Assembly (NCBI RefSeq): GCF_026169115.1
Contig: NZ_JAPFEA010000153.1
Location: 4,884-68,883 of the forward strand
Direction of reading: 5' to 3'
DNA from: Intestinimonas sp.
GTDB taxonomy: Bacteria > Bacillota > Clostridia > Oscillospirales > Oscillospiraceae
Length of the DNA stretch: 64,000 nt
Under the pieces are notes generated by a model that had not been told where the DNA came from, ran no database searches, and saw nothing but the letters and a program-made list of their open reading frames with translations. Position 1 is the first letter of the stretch, and every line of letters begins with the position of its first letter. The position numbers and the translations under genes were made by a program. Shown in pieces: positions 28,329 through 36,718 of this stretch.

Positions 28329-28694
28329 GTGGACAACAGCGTGAAACGCGGCGATATTTTTTATGCCGATTTGAGCCCCGTGGTGGGAAGTGAGCAGGGC
28401 GGCGTCCGCCCGGTGCTGATTATTCAGAATGACACCGGGAACCGGCACAGCCCTACGGTCATTGCAGCCGCCATCACATCCCAGACAGGGAAGGCCAAGC
28501 TCCCCACACACATTGAACTGGCCGCCATGAGCTATGGTCTGCCCAAGGATTCGGTGATTCTCCTGGAGCAGATCCGGACCCTGGACAAACGGCGGCTGCG
28601 GGAACGGATGGGCCGCCTGGACGAAAAACTGATGCACCGGGTGGATTCTGCCATCGCCGTCAGCTTTGGCCTGCATCCGGAAGAACTGGTATAA
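28329..28694 (+). CDS. mazF: MazF/PemK (NdoA/EndoA) endoribonuclease
   Basis: [30 protein letters not shown]...[16 protein letters not shown] start. Confidence 0.95.
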   Translation: MDNSVKRGDIFYADLSPVVGSEQGGVRPVLIIQNDTGNRHSPTVIAAAITSQTGKAKLPTHIELAAMSYGLPKDSVILLEQIRTLDKRRLRERMGRLDEKLMHRVDSAIAVSFGLHPEELV

Positions 28695-28752
28695 GGGGAG
28701 TGGCCGGCCATCGGTCCGGCCGCCTCCCTCCTTTGTAAATTGGAGGTTACAT

Positions 28753-29286
28753 ATGAAGAATCGTCCCCAAACGGTCCTCACCGCCGTCCTCTCTGTGGGC
28801 GCCCTGGCTCTGCTGCTGGGCGCTGCGGCTGGCGGTCAGACCGACCCTCTGGTCACGATGAGCTATCTCAATGATGTGAACGCCCCTGCCATCCTGAAAC
28901 AGGTGGAATCCAAGCTGGACAGCCGGGAGCAGGCCCTGGTGGACAAGCTGGGTGGGGTTGCGGATGCCTATGTCCAGGAGGTGGAGGCGCTCTTGGGTTC
29001 CTCCGGCGGGACGAATACTTCCACGTCGGCCTTTTCTGTGGTGACCGTAAAGGCGGGGCAGCAGCTTCTGGGCGCTACCGGCTGTGAGCTGCTGCTGCGG
29101 GGCGGCTCTGCCGTCTGTGTGGCAGACTCCGCCCCCGGACTGGTGGACTCCACGGACGGCTCCACGCTGGTCTCCGGCGGCGCCCTCCAGCTCAATCACC
29201 TTTACCTGATTACCGCCGATGGCCGTGGGCTCCAGGCCGCTGCGGACGCCACGGTGATGGTCCGGGGCAGCTACACCATCTCTTAA
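28753..29286 (+). CDS. Secreted hypothetical protein (DPLVTxSY motif, beta-rich C-terminus)
   Basis: GGAGG RBS, signal peptide, typical codon usage. Confidence 0.7.
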   Translation: MKNRPQTVLTAVLSVGALALLLGAAAGGQTDPLVTMSYLNDVNAPAILKQVESKLDSREQALVDKLGGVADAYVQEVEALLGSSGGTNTSTSAFSVVTVKAGQQLLGATGCELLLRGGSAVCVADSAPGLVDSTDGSTLVSGGALQLNHLYLITADGRGLQAAADATVMVRGSYTIS

Positions 29287-29307
29287 AAGCAAACAAAGCG
29301 GGAAATG

Positions 29308-29343
29308 AGAGACCCTCCGCGTCGAAGCGCGGAGGGTCTCTTT
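29308..29343. terminator. Hairpin terminator between convergent genes
   Basis: GAGACCCTCCGCG-TCGAAG-CGCGGAGGGTCTC-TTT. Confidence 0.7.
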
Positions 29344-29354
29344 GCCTCTGTGTG

Positions 29355-30611
29355 CTAATCCCGCCCGGAGCCGCCGGGGGGCGGGATGCTGCCGGCGTGG
29401 CCGGCGGGGTGGTCGATGTCCTCTCCCATGGTGACAGCGGAACGAATGGCGCTTTTGCCGTACTTGCTTCGGATGCCGTCCACCGTCCGCTCCAACTGCT
29501 CCCTCCGTTCCCGACGCGGGGGTGCGTCAGCGGCAAAGAGGTCCAGCTGTTCCCCGGATTCCCCTTCGGGGATCAGATTCTGTCCCGTGATGGTGAGGGC
29601 GCGGATGGGGGCGCTGCCGCTCCAAGAGGACTGGATAAGGCTCAGAGCCGCCCGGCCAATGTCCTGAGCGGTACAGGATGGGACCTCCAGACGGGTCTGG
29701 CGGCAGATGTCCTTGAAATTTGGGTCCCGTATGGTGACCTGAACGGTGGCGCACCGCATGGCATGCTTCCGCAGTCGGGCGGCTACGCTGTCGGCGAGGA
29801 GGGCCACTCCGGTGTGGACGTCCTGCCAGCCCACCAGGTTCCGCCGGAAGGTAATGCCGTTGCCCACCGATTTGGGCGGCGGAGTCTCCCCAGCGCGGGT
29901 CACCGGGCTGTGCTCCAGGCCGGCGGCGTACTCATAGAGCTGTCCGCCCTGCTTGCCCAGCAGCCGCTCCAGGCCCTCCCGCCCAAAGGCGGCCAGATCC
30001 CCGATGGTGTGGACGCCGTACTGACTGAGTACTCTGGCCGAGGCCCGGCCCACGAAAAGAAGATCAGTCACCGGCAGAGGCCACACCCGTTCCGGCACGT
30101 CGGCCCGGGTGATGACCGTGGTAGCGTCCGGCTTTTTCAGGTCGCTGCCCAGCTTGGCGAAGACCTTGTTAAAGGAGACCCCTACGCTGATGGTAAGGCC
30201 GGTCTCCTCCCGCACCGTCCTGCGGATCTGGTCGGCGATGGCTCTGCCGTCTCCTCCGAAGAGGTGCATGGAGCCGGTAATGTCCAGCCAGCTCTCGTCG
30301 ATGCCGAAGGGCTCCACCAGATCGGTATACCGCTCGTAGATGGCGTTGACCCGCTTGGACCAGAGCCGGTACTGGTCGTGATGGGCGGGGAGGAGGACGA
30401 GGTCGGGGCATTTCCGCCGGGCCTGCCAGATGGTCTCCGCCGTTCTGACCTGGAATTTCTTGGCGACTTCATTTTTGGCCAGGATAATGCCATGTCGGCT
30501 CTCCGGGTCGCCGCACACCGCTACCGGTCTGTCTTTCAGCTCCGGCTTGTCCCGCAACTCCACCGAGGCATAAAAGCCGTTGAGGTCGCAGTGTAGAATG
30601 GTCCGGTCCAT
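29355..30611 (-). CDS. dinB: DNA polymerase IV (Y family)
   Basis: ILHCDLNGFYASVE, EPFGIDESWLD, SVGVSFNKVFAKLGSDLKKPD and PKSVGN. Confidence 0.95.
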   Translation of the reverse strand: MDRTILHCDLNGFYASVELRDKPELKDRPVAVCGDPESRHGIILAKNEVAKKFQVRTAETIWQARRKCPDLVLLPAHHDQYRLWSKRVNAIYERYTDLVEPFGIDESWLDITGSMHLFGGDGRAIADQIRRTVREETGLTISVGVSFNKVFAKLGSDLKKPDATTVITRADVPERVWPLPVTDLLFVGRASARVLSQYGVHTIGDLAAFGREGLERLLGKQGGQLYEYAAGLEHSPVTRAGETPPPKSVGNGITFRRNLVGWQDVHTGVALLADSVAARLRKHAMRCATVQVTIRDPNFKDICRQTRLEVPSCTAQDIGRAALSLIQSSWSGSAPIRALTITGQNLIPEGESGEQLDLFAADAPPRRERREQLERTVDGIRSKYGKSAIRSAVTMGEDIDHPAGHAGSIPPPGGSGRD

Positions 30612-30631
30612 GTCCCCACCCCCTTTGTTCC

Positions 30632-30671
30632 AGTGTATCACAGGAAATCCAGTTAGTCAAACACCTGTTCG
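30632..30671 (-). promoter_or_regulatory. dinB promoter with LexA (SOS/Cheo) box overlapping the -35
   Basis: Minus strand CGAACAGGTGTTTG (30658-30671) matches Bacillota GAAC-N4-GTTY. TTGACT, 17 bp, TACACT. Confidence 0.85.
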
Positions 30672-30680
30672 ATGGAATCC

Positions 30681-31880
30681 TTACCCATCCCATTGGAGAA
30701 GGGCGGCCACCCGGTCCAGCTGTTCCGTCAGGTCGTGGTCTCCAGTGTAGTCCAGACAGAGCACCCGGCTCCCCAGTCGGGCGAAGAGCCACTGGCCGCC
30801 GTAGTCCACGTCCTCCGCCACCACCAGCTGGTCAAAGCCAGGGGCGGACAGCTCCTCCACAGTATACCACTCCGGCACATAGCGGAGGTCATAGAGCTCG
30901 TAGTCCATCAGGTCCTCCAGCAGGGGACCGGCCAGGAAGGGGAGGGTCAGGTCGTACCACTCCAGATCCAAACGGCGGCGCTCCCCGGCCACGGTCCCTG
31001 CCTGGTCTACCTGGTAGATCCTGGCCAGGGGTTTGCGTTCATAGGAGACGAAGTTGTTCCGGTCGGGGCCCTCATAGCCGGGATAGCCGAAGGGGTCTGG
31101 AGCATAGCCGTCTCCCTCCAGCTCCGCCAGGGAGAGCACCGGGGCGGGGCGGTCCAGGGCGGAGAGCTCCAGATCCCACTTGGTCACCCCGGCGAAATAG
31201 GCGGCGGTGGAGCCGATCTGAATGAGGGCGGCCACAGACAGCAGAAGAGTATAGCCCTGCCGCACCAGTCCGGTGTGCCGCCAGCGGTCTGGCCGTTGGG
31301 CCGGGACCCCAGCCCGGAGCCGCTTCCGCAGGCGGCACAGGCCCCACACTTCCCAGGTAAAATGGAGGATGAAGACCAGTTCCAATAGCAGGACTGTGCC
31401 GGAGTAGAGAGAGCTGAATTTGACCAGGCGCAGCACCGGGCCGAAAGCGCTGTCCAGAGCACCCCACACCAGAAAGGCCGCCAGGGCGGCCATCAGGGCC
31501 AGGAGCAGCCAGACCGCACGGCTCAGCCTTTTGGTGATCCGGTCCAGGGTGTAGCTCTGGGCCACCGGGTCGGTGTGGAAGTCGGGGGCGTCCGGGTCGT
31601 CCGTCCGGAACAGGGCCAGATGGCCCAGCCGCCCCACATAGGTCCAGCCCATGTCGCCATACTCGGCGGTCTGGGCAGGGGGGAGGTCCCCCTTTTCCTC
31701 CGTGGGCTCGGCGTGGTAGCGGACCCGAGCCGGCTGTCCGGCCTGGAAGTGGGCAAAGAAAACCCCTACCCCCTGGAAGTGGAGCCCCTTGGCCGCCATC
31801 TCCTCCAGCCACAGCTCCACGCCAGCCAAATCCAGATAGTCTACCGGGATGAGTCTGCGTACCATGTCGTGCTGCTTCAT
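30681..31880 (-). CDS. DUF2812-like membrane protein
   Basis: ELWLEEMAAKGL...YGDMGWTYVG...DFHTDP, then 3 TM and an extracellular domain. Overlaps the PadR stop. Confidence 0.75.
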   Translation of the reverse strand: MKQHDMVRRLIPVDYLDLAGVELWLEEMAAKGLHFQGVGVFFAHFQAGQPARVRYHAEPTEEKGDLPPAQTAEYGDMGWTYVGRLGHLALFRTDDPDAPDFHTDPVAQSYTLDRITKRLSRAVWLLLALMAALAAFLVWGALDSAFGPVLRLVKFSSLYSGTVLLLELVFILHFTWEVWGLCRLRKRLRAGVPAQRPDRWRHTGLVRQGYTLLLSVAALIQIGSTAAYFAGVTKWDLELSALDRPAPVLSLAELEGDGYAPDPFGYPGYEGPDRNNFVSYERKPLARIYQVDQAGTVAGERRRLDLEWYDLTLPFLAGPLLEDLMDYELYDLRYVPEWYTVEELSAPGFDQLVVAEDVDYGGQWLFARLGSRVLCLDYTGDHDLTEQLDRVAALLQWDG

Positions 31881-32194
31881 GTCTCTCCCTCCTCGCTGTC
31901 GGCGTCGGCCACGCAGGCGCGCAGCCGGGCCACCTCCTCCTGGTATCGGTTTTCCCCGGATTCCGTAAGCTGATAGGTCCGTTTTCTCCCCTCCACGGCC
32001 ACCTCCTTGAGGAAGCCCTCCTCCTGAAACTTGGCCAGAATGGTGTAGAGGGTACCGGGGCCCATGTTCACCCGGCCTTTGGTCTTCCGAGCGACGAAGT
32101 CGGCCACCTCGGTGCCGCACAGGGCCTGCTTCCGGAAGGCCATGAGCACATAAAACATGGTCTCGGTGAGGGATTCCATCGCTTTTTTGCCCAT
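31877..32194 (-). CDS. PadR-family transcriptional regulator
   Basis: LTETMFYVL, GPGTLYTIL and RKRTYQLTESG. Confidence 0.92.
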   Translation of the reverse strand: MGKKAMESLTETMFYVLMAFRKQALCGTEVADFVARKTKGRVNMGPGTLYTILAKFQEEGFLKEVAVEGRKRTYQLTESGENRYQEEVARLRACVADADSEEGET

Positions 32195-32213
32195 GGACCG
32201 GCCTCCTCTCTTA

Positions 32214-32270
32214 ATATCATATCTCGATATCGCCTATCGATATTATAACATCGAGGCACGATATCGTCAA
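32214..32270 (-). promoter_or_regulatory. PadR operon promoter with three ATATCG-N5-CGATAT-like operators
   Basis: Minus strand TTGACG, 17 bp, TATAAT (32242-32270). Palindromes at 32214-32230, 32227-32243 and 32248-32264. Confidence 0.75.
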
Positions 32271-32332
32271 GCAAAAAAGCGCCCTCCGGCGGGAAAAGCC
32301 GGAGGGCGCAAACCGTAATAGGGAAGACAGAT

Positions 32333-33019
32333 TCAGATGACGTCCCAGAGGACCAGGGCCAGCAGGACGAAGGTGGCCAGCAGCACCAGGGAGAAGAGGA
32401 GGAAGCCGGCGCTGGAGCGGCGGGAGGGCTGGTCACTGGCGGAGGGGGCGATCAGACCGGACCGGCGCAAAGCGGTGACCACGGGCTTGTAGAGCAGGAG
32501 GGTGGCGGCCATGTTCATCCCGCCCTTGACCAGGTTGAAGGGGAGGAAGATGGGCACCAGCATGTCGGCGATGGCCTCTCTGGGCATTCCCTGATAGATG
32601 GGGGTGAGGAAGTAGTTCCAGAGCAGCATGATGACAGTGAGGGCAGCCGTACCGGCGGCCAGACCCAGGACGGCGCCCGCCATGGTGTGGCGCTTCTTGT
32701 AAATAAAAGTGGCGGTGCAGCAGAAGGCGCAGGTGGCCAGAGCATTCATGACAAAACCGATGAGACCGGTGTGGCTGATGGTAATCATCTCCACGAAGGC
32801 CACTACGATGGCCATGGAGGCGGAGGCCATGGGCCCGAAGACAAAGCCGCCGATGCAGATGACCACGTCCTTGAAGTCGAAGTCCAGAAAACCGTTGACG
32901 CTGGGCAGCAGCTTGGACAGCAGCATGACCACAAAGGCAATGGCGGAGAGCATGGCCAGGGTGGTAATGGTTTTTGTGTTGGCAGTAGAACGGCTCTTGA
33001 CCAAGGTGGGATCGGACAT
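32333..33019 (-). CDS. ribU: ECF transporter S component, riboflavin (RibU-like)
   Basis: AMLSAIAFV, FLDFDFKDV...GGFVFGP and PFNLVKG; downstream of an FMN riboswitch. Confidence 0.85.
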   Translation of the reverse strand: MSDPTLVKSRSTANTKTITTLAMLSAIAFVVMLLSKLLPSVNGFLDFDFKDVVICIGGFVFGPMASASMAIVVAFVEMITISHTGLIGFVMNALATCAFCCTATFIYKKRHTMAGAVLGLAAGTAALTVIMLLWNYFLTPIYQGMPREAIADMLVPIFLPFNLVKGGMNMAATLLLYKPVVTALRRSGLIAPSASDQPSRRSSAGFLLFSLVLLATFVLLALVLWDVI

Positions 33020-33076
33020 GAAAATACGCGCTCCTTCCAGACGCGGCCTGCTTCGGCCGCGCCCTATGTAAAGTAG

Positions 33077-33115
33077 AAAACACCTGAAAGACCCAATGTC
33101 TTCCAGGTGTTAAAC
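33077..33115 (-). terminator. Expression-platform terminator of the FMN riboswitch
   Basis: Minus strand AACACCTGGAAGAC-loop-GTCTTTCAGGTGTTTT. Confidence 0.7.
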
Positions 33116-33145
33116 ACGTTACATGGGGAGAGGTGCGCGTTTGAA

Positions 33146-33288
33146 CACATCTTCTTCCATCCAGACTTCGTGCACCGAGGAAAGCACGTCACTGTCGGTC
33201 CCGGAGTTCCACCGGGTCAGCCGCGCGGAAGCGCGGGTCGCGGACTGTACCGCCGATCGGGATTTTCACCCTGCCCTGAAGACATCTT
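33146..33288 (-). ncRNA. FMN riboswitch (RFN element)
   Basis: Minus strand TCTTCAGGGCAGGGTGAAAATCCCGATCGGCGGT...AGTCCGCGA...GACCCGGTGGAACTCCGGGACCGACAGT...AGTCTGGATGGAAGAAGA. Confidence 0.95.
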
Positions 33289-33356
33289 TGATTCAGTTGT
33301 TCTCTCTACCTGCTATTATACATAGCCGCGCGAAAAATGCAAGCCCCAAATTCAAG

Positions 33357-33406
33357 AAAACAAATGTTCGATTCCCGTTGACTTGGGCGGCGGGATATAC
33401 TACAAT
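33357..33406 (+). promoter_or_regulatory. Putative LexA box and SigA promoter upstream of the SLOG/DUF1273 gene
   Basis: AAAACAAATGTTCG (33357-33370; reverse complement CGAACATTTGTTTT). TTGACT (33378-33383), 17 bp, TACAAT (33401-33406). Confidence 0.65.
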
Positions 33407-33450
33407 ATCAGAGACAAGGTGACAGTGAGAATGGGAAAGGGGGGAACTGC

Positions 33451-33951
33451 GTGCGGAGAGAGACCACCTGCTGCTTCACCGGGCACCGGCCCAATAAGCT
33501 CTCCTGGGGGAGTAACGAGGGCGATCCCCGGTGCATTGCCCTGAAGGAGCGGCTGAGGGAATCCCTAAAAGTGGCCTACGACGACGGCTACCGCCATTTT
33601 CTCTGTGGTATGGCCTTGGGCTGCGACCTCTATTTCTGTGAAGCGGTGCTGGACCTGCGGGACCGGCGCCAGGGGGTTACGGTGGAGGCCGCTGTCCCCT
33701 GCGAGGAACAGGCTGCCCGGTGGCGGGAAAGGGACCGGGCACGATACGCCTCACTGCTGGAGCGGTGCGACTATGAGACCCTGGTCCAGCACCAGTACAC
33801 CCCTGGGTGCATGCAGCGACGGGACCGATATATGGTGGACCGGTCCCAGCGCATCATTGCCGCCTATGACGGGAGGACTGCGGGAGGGACCCTGTACACC
33901 CTGACCTATGCCATGCGCCAGGGGTTGGAGACAGTGATCCTGGATCTATAA
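33451..33951 (+). CDS. SLOG superfamily YspA/DUF1273-like protein
   Basis: CCFTGHRP, FLCGMALGCD, MQRRDRYMVD and GGTLYT. Confidence 0.85.
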   Translation: MRRETTCCFTGHRPNKLSWGSNEGDPRCIALKERLRESLKVAYDDGYRHFLCGMALGCDLYFCEAVLDLRDRRQGVTVEAAVPCEEQAARWRERDRARYASLLERCDYETLVQHQYTPGCMQRRDRYMVDRSQRIIAAYDGRTAGGTLYTLTYAMRQGLETVILDL

Positions 33952-33952
33952 C

Positions 33953-33994
33953 AAAGAGACCCTGCGCCGGTAAACGCCGGCGCAGGGTCTCTTT
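33953..33994 (+). terminator. Intrinsic terminator
   Basis: AAAGAGACCCTGCGCCGG...CCGGCGCAGGGTCTCTTT. Confidence 0.8.
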
Positions 33995-34074
33995 CTGCAT
34001 TTGCAAAATTTCTCTTGACAATTCGTTTCTGCAAATGTAGAATATGCTTACAGAAGACTTCTGCAAATGCAAAA
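33993..34074 (+). promoter_or_regulatory. Promoter with three BlaI-type operators
   Basis: TTCTGCATTTGCAAAA (33993-34008), TTCTGCAAATGTAGAA (34027-34042) and TTCTGCAAATGCAAAA (34059-34074). TTGACA (34015-34020), 17 bp, TAGAAT. Confidence 0.8.
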
Positions 34075-34091
34075 TATAGGGGGATCCCAAA

Positions 34092-34472
34092 GTGAAGGAA
34101 AACAAACGACTGCCGGAATCAGAGCTGGATATCATGCTGGTGGTGTGGGCCGGTGGGGGAGGGGTCACCGCGCCCGCCATCCTGGAGGGCCTGGAGCGGC
34201 CTTTGACGGCCAGCGCCCTCCACAGCTACCTCAAGCGGCTGGAGGAAAAGGGCTTTCTCACCTGCACCAAGGAGGGAAAGGTCAATGTCTACACGCCCCT
34301 GGTGAGCCGGGAGGACTACCAGCGCAGCGAGGGGCGCAGCATTCTGCAAAAGCTCTACGGCGGGTCCCTCTCCCGGTTTGCCGCCGCCCTCTATGGCGGA
34401 GAACGGATCGCGCCTGAGGAGGTGGAGGCCCTCCAGGCCCTCCTGGACCAGATGAAGGAGGGGGAGCGATGA
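34092..34472 (+). CDS. BlaI/MecI/CopY family repressor
   Basis: LPESELDIMLVVW, LKRLEEKGFL and YTPLVSREDY. Confidence 0.92.
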   Translation: MKENKRLPESELDIMLVVWAGGGGVTAPAILEGLERPLTASALHSYLKRLEEKGFLTCTKEGKVNVYTPLVSREDYQRSEGRSILQKLYGGSLSRFAAALYGGERIAPEEVEALQALLDQMKEGER

Positions 34473-36667
34473 TCGCAGAACTGGCCGGACGGCTGGTGCG
34501 CCTCTCTCTGATGACATCGGTGGTCCTGCTGCCCCTGCTGCTGCTGTGTCCCCTCATCCAGAAACGCTATACTGCAAAGACCGGTTATGTCCTATGGCTG
34601 GCTTTGGCAGTGTGGCTCCTGCTGCCGGTGGACTGGTCCCTGCCGGAGCACGCCGTCACCATCACGGTGCCGGAGACGTCCCAGGTGTGGGCAGCGCCGG
34701 CGGAGCCGGCCATCACGACGGCAGAGACTGGAATGGCGAAGCCTCCTGCCCGTCAGACCGTACTTACCCCGGTCCAAGTCCTGGCCGGGACCTGGCTGGC
34801 GGGAGCCCTGGGGCTGTTGCTGTGGCACGGGACGGGTTACCTGCTGGCCCGCCGGCGGCTGCGGGCAGGGAGCTGGGAGGAGCCGGGAGACCAGGCTTTG
34901 ATGGCCGCTCTCTGGGCGGGTGAGCACGGTCAGCCGGAGGTGCTGAGGACGGCGGACCCGGCTGCACCTTTGTCGCTGGGGCTTGTTCAGCCACTGGTCT
35001 TCCTGCCCGCTGGGCTGGGGGAGGAGGAGACTGATCTGGTCCTCTCACACGAGCTCGCCCATGTTCGCCGGCGCGATCTCTGGTATAAATTTCTCCTGTT
35101 GCTGGTCAACGCCGCACACTGGTTCAACCCTCTGGTGTGGTGGATGTGCCGGCAGGCGGGACAGAACCTGGAATATTGCTGCGACGACGCAGTGGTGGAT
35201 GGTCGGGATGCTGCCTTTCGGCATGCGTACGGACAGCTCCTCCTGCGGTACGCCGCCCACGGCGCCGGCGTCCCCCTGTACGCCACCCGGCTGAGCAGCG
35301 GGGGCCGGCAGATGAAAGGAAGGCTGATGAATCTGTTTCTCAAGAAAAAGACCGGCGTATTGCTGGTGGCGGTAGCTCTGTGTGCCGCCGTGGCCGTAGG
35401 CTCTCTGGTGACCTTCCAGCCTGCCCGGGCCGAGACGCCCATGACGGCCCAAGAGGCCCTGGACACCCTGGCCGAAAGCGTGACGATTACCGACAAGGAA
35501 TTATCCTTTACCATTCCTGCGGCCTATGAAAAAGCCGACGACTGGCGGATTCAAGTGTCGGGACGCTATCAGATGGGGGAGGGGGAGGCCACGAGCATCC
35601 ACCTCATCAGCAACGATGGCACTGCCGGACGCTGGAAGGGGGGAGAGGGAGCCTACTCCGTCCCCCTCACCGACTACGATCTGGACCAGTTTGAGGACTT
35701 GACTCTGTGGGCCTTCCTTACCGACGAGGATGGGAAGGAGCTGGAGCGGGAGGTGGACCTGCTGGCGCTCCGACGCGGCGTTCTGACGGATGGGGCAGAT
35801 GCCATCATCAAATGGGTGGACTCTGATGCTGTTGAGCCCGTCTGGGTCTGGCCAGTGCCGGAGTATCAGGAGGTCACGGAAACCTTCGGTACCCGTGTCC
35901 ACCCCATTACAGGGGAGACCACCAGCCACGACGGCGTGGACCTCGCCGCCCCGGAAGGAGCGGCGGTGCTGGCGGTGCGCAGCGGTACCGTGGCCGAGAC
36001 CGGCTGGGATGACACCGATGGAAATTACGTTCTTCTGGACCACGGGGAGGGCCTCACCACCCGGTATGGCTGTCTGAGTGCGGTCTCCGTCCAAACAGGG
36101 GATGCCGTGGCGCAGGGAGATGTCTTGGGGACGGTAGGCCAGACCGGCGCTGCTACTGGCCCCCATCTCCACCTGGAGGCGGCTCAGGACGGTGCCCTGT
36201 ATGATCCCCTGAGCTGGTTCCAGGTGCTGCAGGAGACGGCCTTGAAGCCGGAGGCCGTCACCCTCCAGGGGCTGACCCTGACCTGCAATGGCCACAACTA
36301 CGATTTGACCGAGCGTTCGCCCGCCATCACCGCTGTGACCCGGATGGAGTGGGTGGGGGAGGAGCTCCTCCTGGAGTGCCACACCGGCCCCAAAAACAAC
36401 CTCTACCTGGTCTTTGATCCCCGGACCGAGACCTTTGTGAAGGAACTGGCCGGGACCCACCTCATCTGGAAGGGGGCGGATCTGACCACGGCGGTCTATG
36501 CCTTCTGGGGCGATATCTGCACCTGGGGCGGCACCGTGCTGACCACAGTAGACCTTGGAACAGATGGCTATGTCAGTGATTTGTCCTTTACAGATGATAA
36601 GACTCAGATAGTGGTGACCGTCACCCAGAATGAGGTCAGCAGCACCCAGCTGCTTTCCCTGACCTGA
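34469..36667 (+). CDS. BlaR1-like M56 metalloprotease fused to an extracellular M23 endopeptidase domain
   Basis: TM N-terminus; HELAHVRRRD...HWFNPLVW...EYCCDD (M56); FGTRVHPITG...HDGVD...GQTGAATGPHLHLE (M23). Confidence 0.88.
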   Translation: MIAELAGRLVRLSLMTSVVLLPLLLLCPLIQKRYTAKTGYVLWLALAVWLLLPVDWSLPEHAVTITVPETSQVWAAPAEPAITTAETGMAKPPARQTVLTPVQVLAGTWLAGALGLLLWHGTGYLLARRRLRAGSWEEPGDQALMAALWAGEHGQPEVLRTADPAAPLSLGLVQPLVFLPAGLGEEETDLVLSHELAHVRRRDLWYKFLLLLVNAAHWFNPLVWWMCRQAGQNLEYCCDDAVVDGRDAAFRHAYGQLLLRYAAHGAGVPLYATRLSSGGRQMKGRLMNLFLKKKTGVLLVAVALCAAVAVGSLVTFQPARAETPMTAQEALDTLAESVTITDKELSFTIPAAYEKADDWRIQVSGRYQMGEGEATSIHLISNDGTAGRWKGGEGAYSVPLTDYDLDQFEDLTLWAFLTDEDGKELEREVDLLALRRGVLTDGADAIIKWVDSDAVEPVWVWPVPEYQEVTETFGTRVHPITGETTSHDGVDLAAPEGAAVLAVRSGTVAETGWDDTDGNYVLLDHGEGLTTRYGCLSAVSVQTGDAVAQGDVLGTVGQTGAATGPHLHLEAAQDGALYDPLSWFQVLQETALKPEAVTLQGLTLTCNGHNYDLTERSPAITAVTRMEWVGEELLLECHTGPKNNLYLVFDPRTETFVKELAGTHLIWKGADLTTAVYAFWGDICTWGGTVLTTVDLGTDGYVSDLSFTDDKTQIVVTVTQNEVSSTQLLSLT

Positions 36668-36679
36668 TCCAAAGACAGC

Positions 36680-36707
36680 AAAAGGCCCGCCGTATGGCGG
36701 GCCTTTT
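36680..36707. terminator. Bidirectional terminator
   Basis: AAAAGGCCCGCC-GTAT-GGCGGGCCTTTT. Confidence 0.8.
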
Positions 36708-36718
36708 CACGCTGTATG

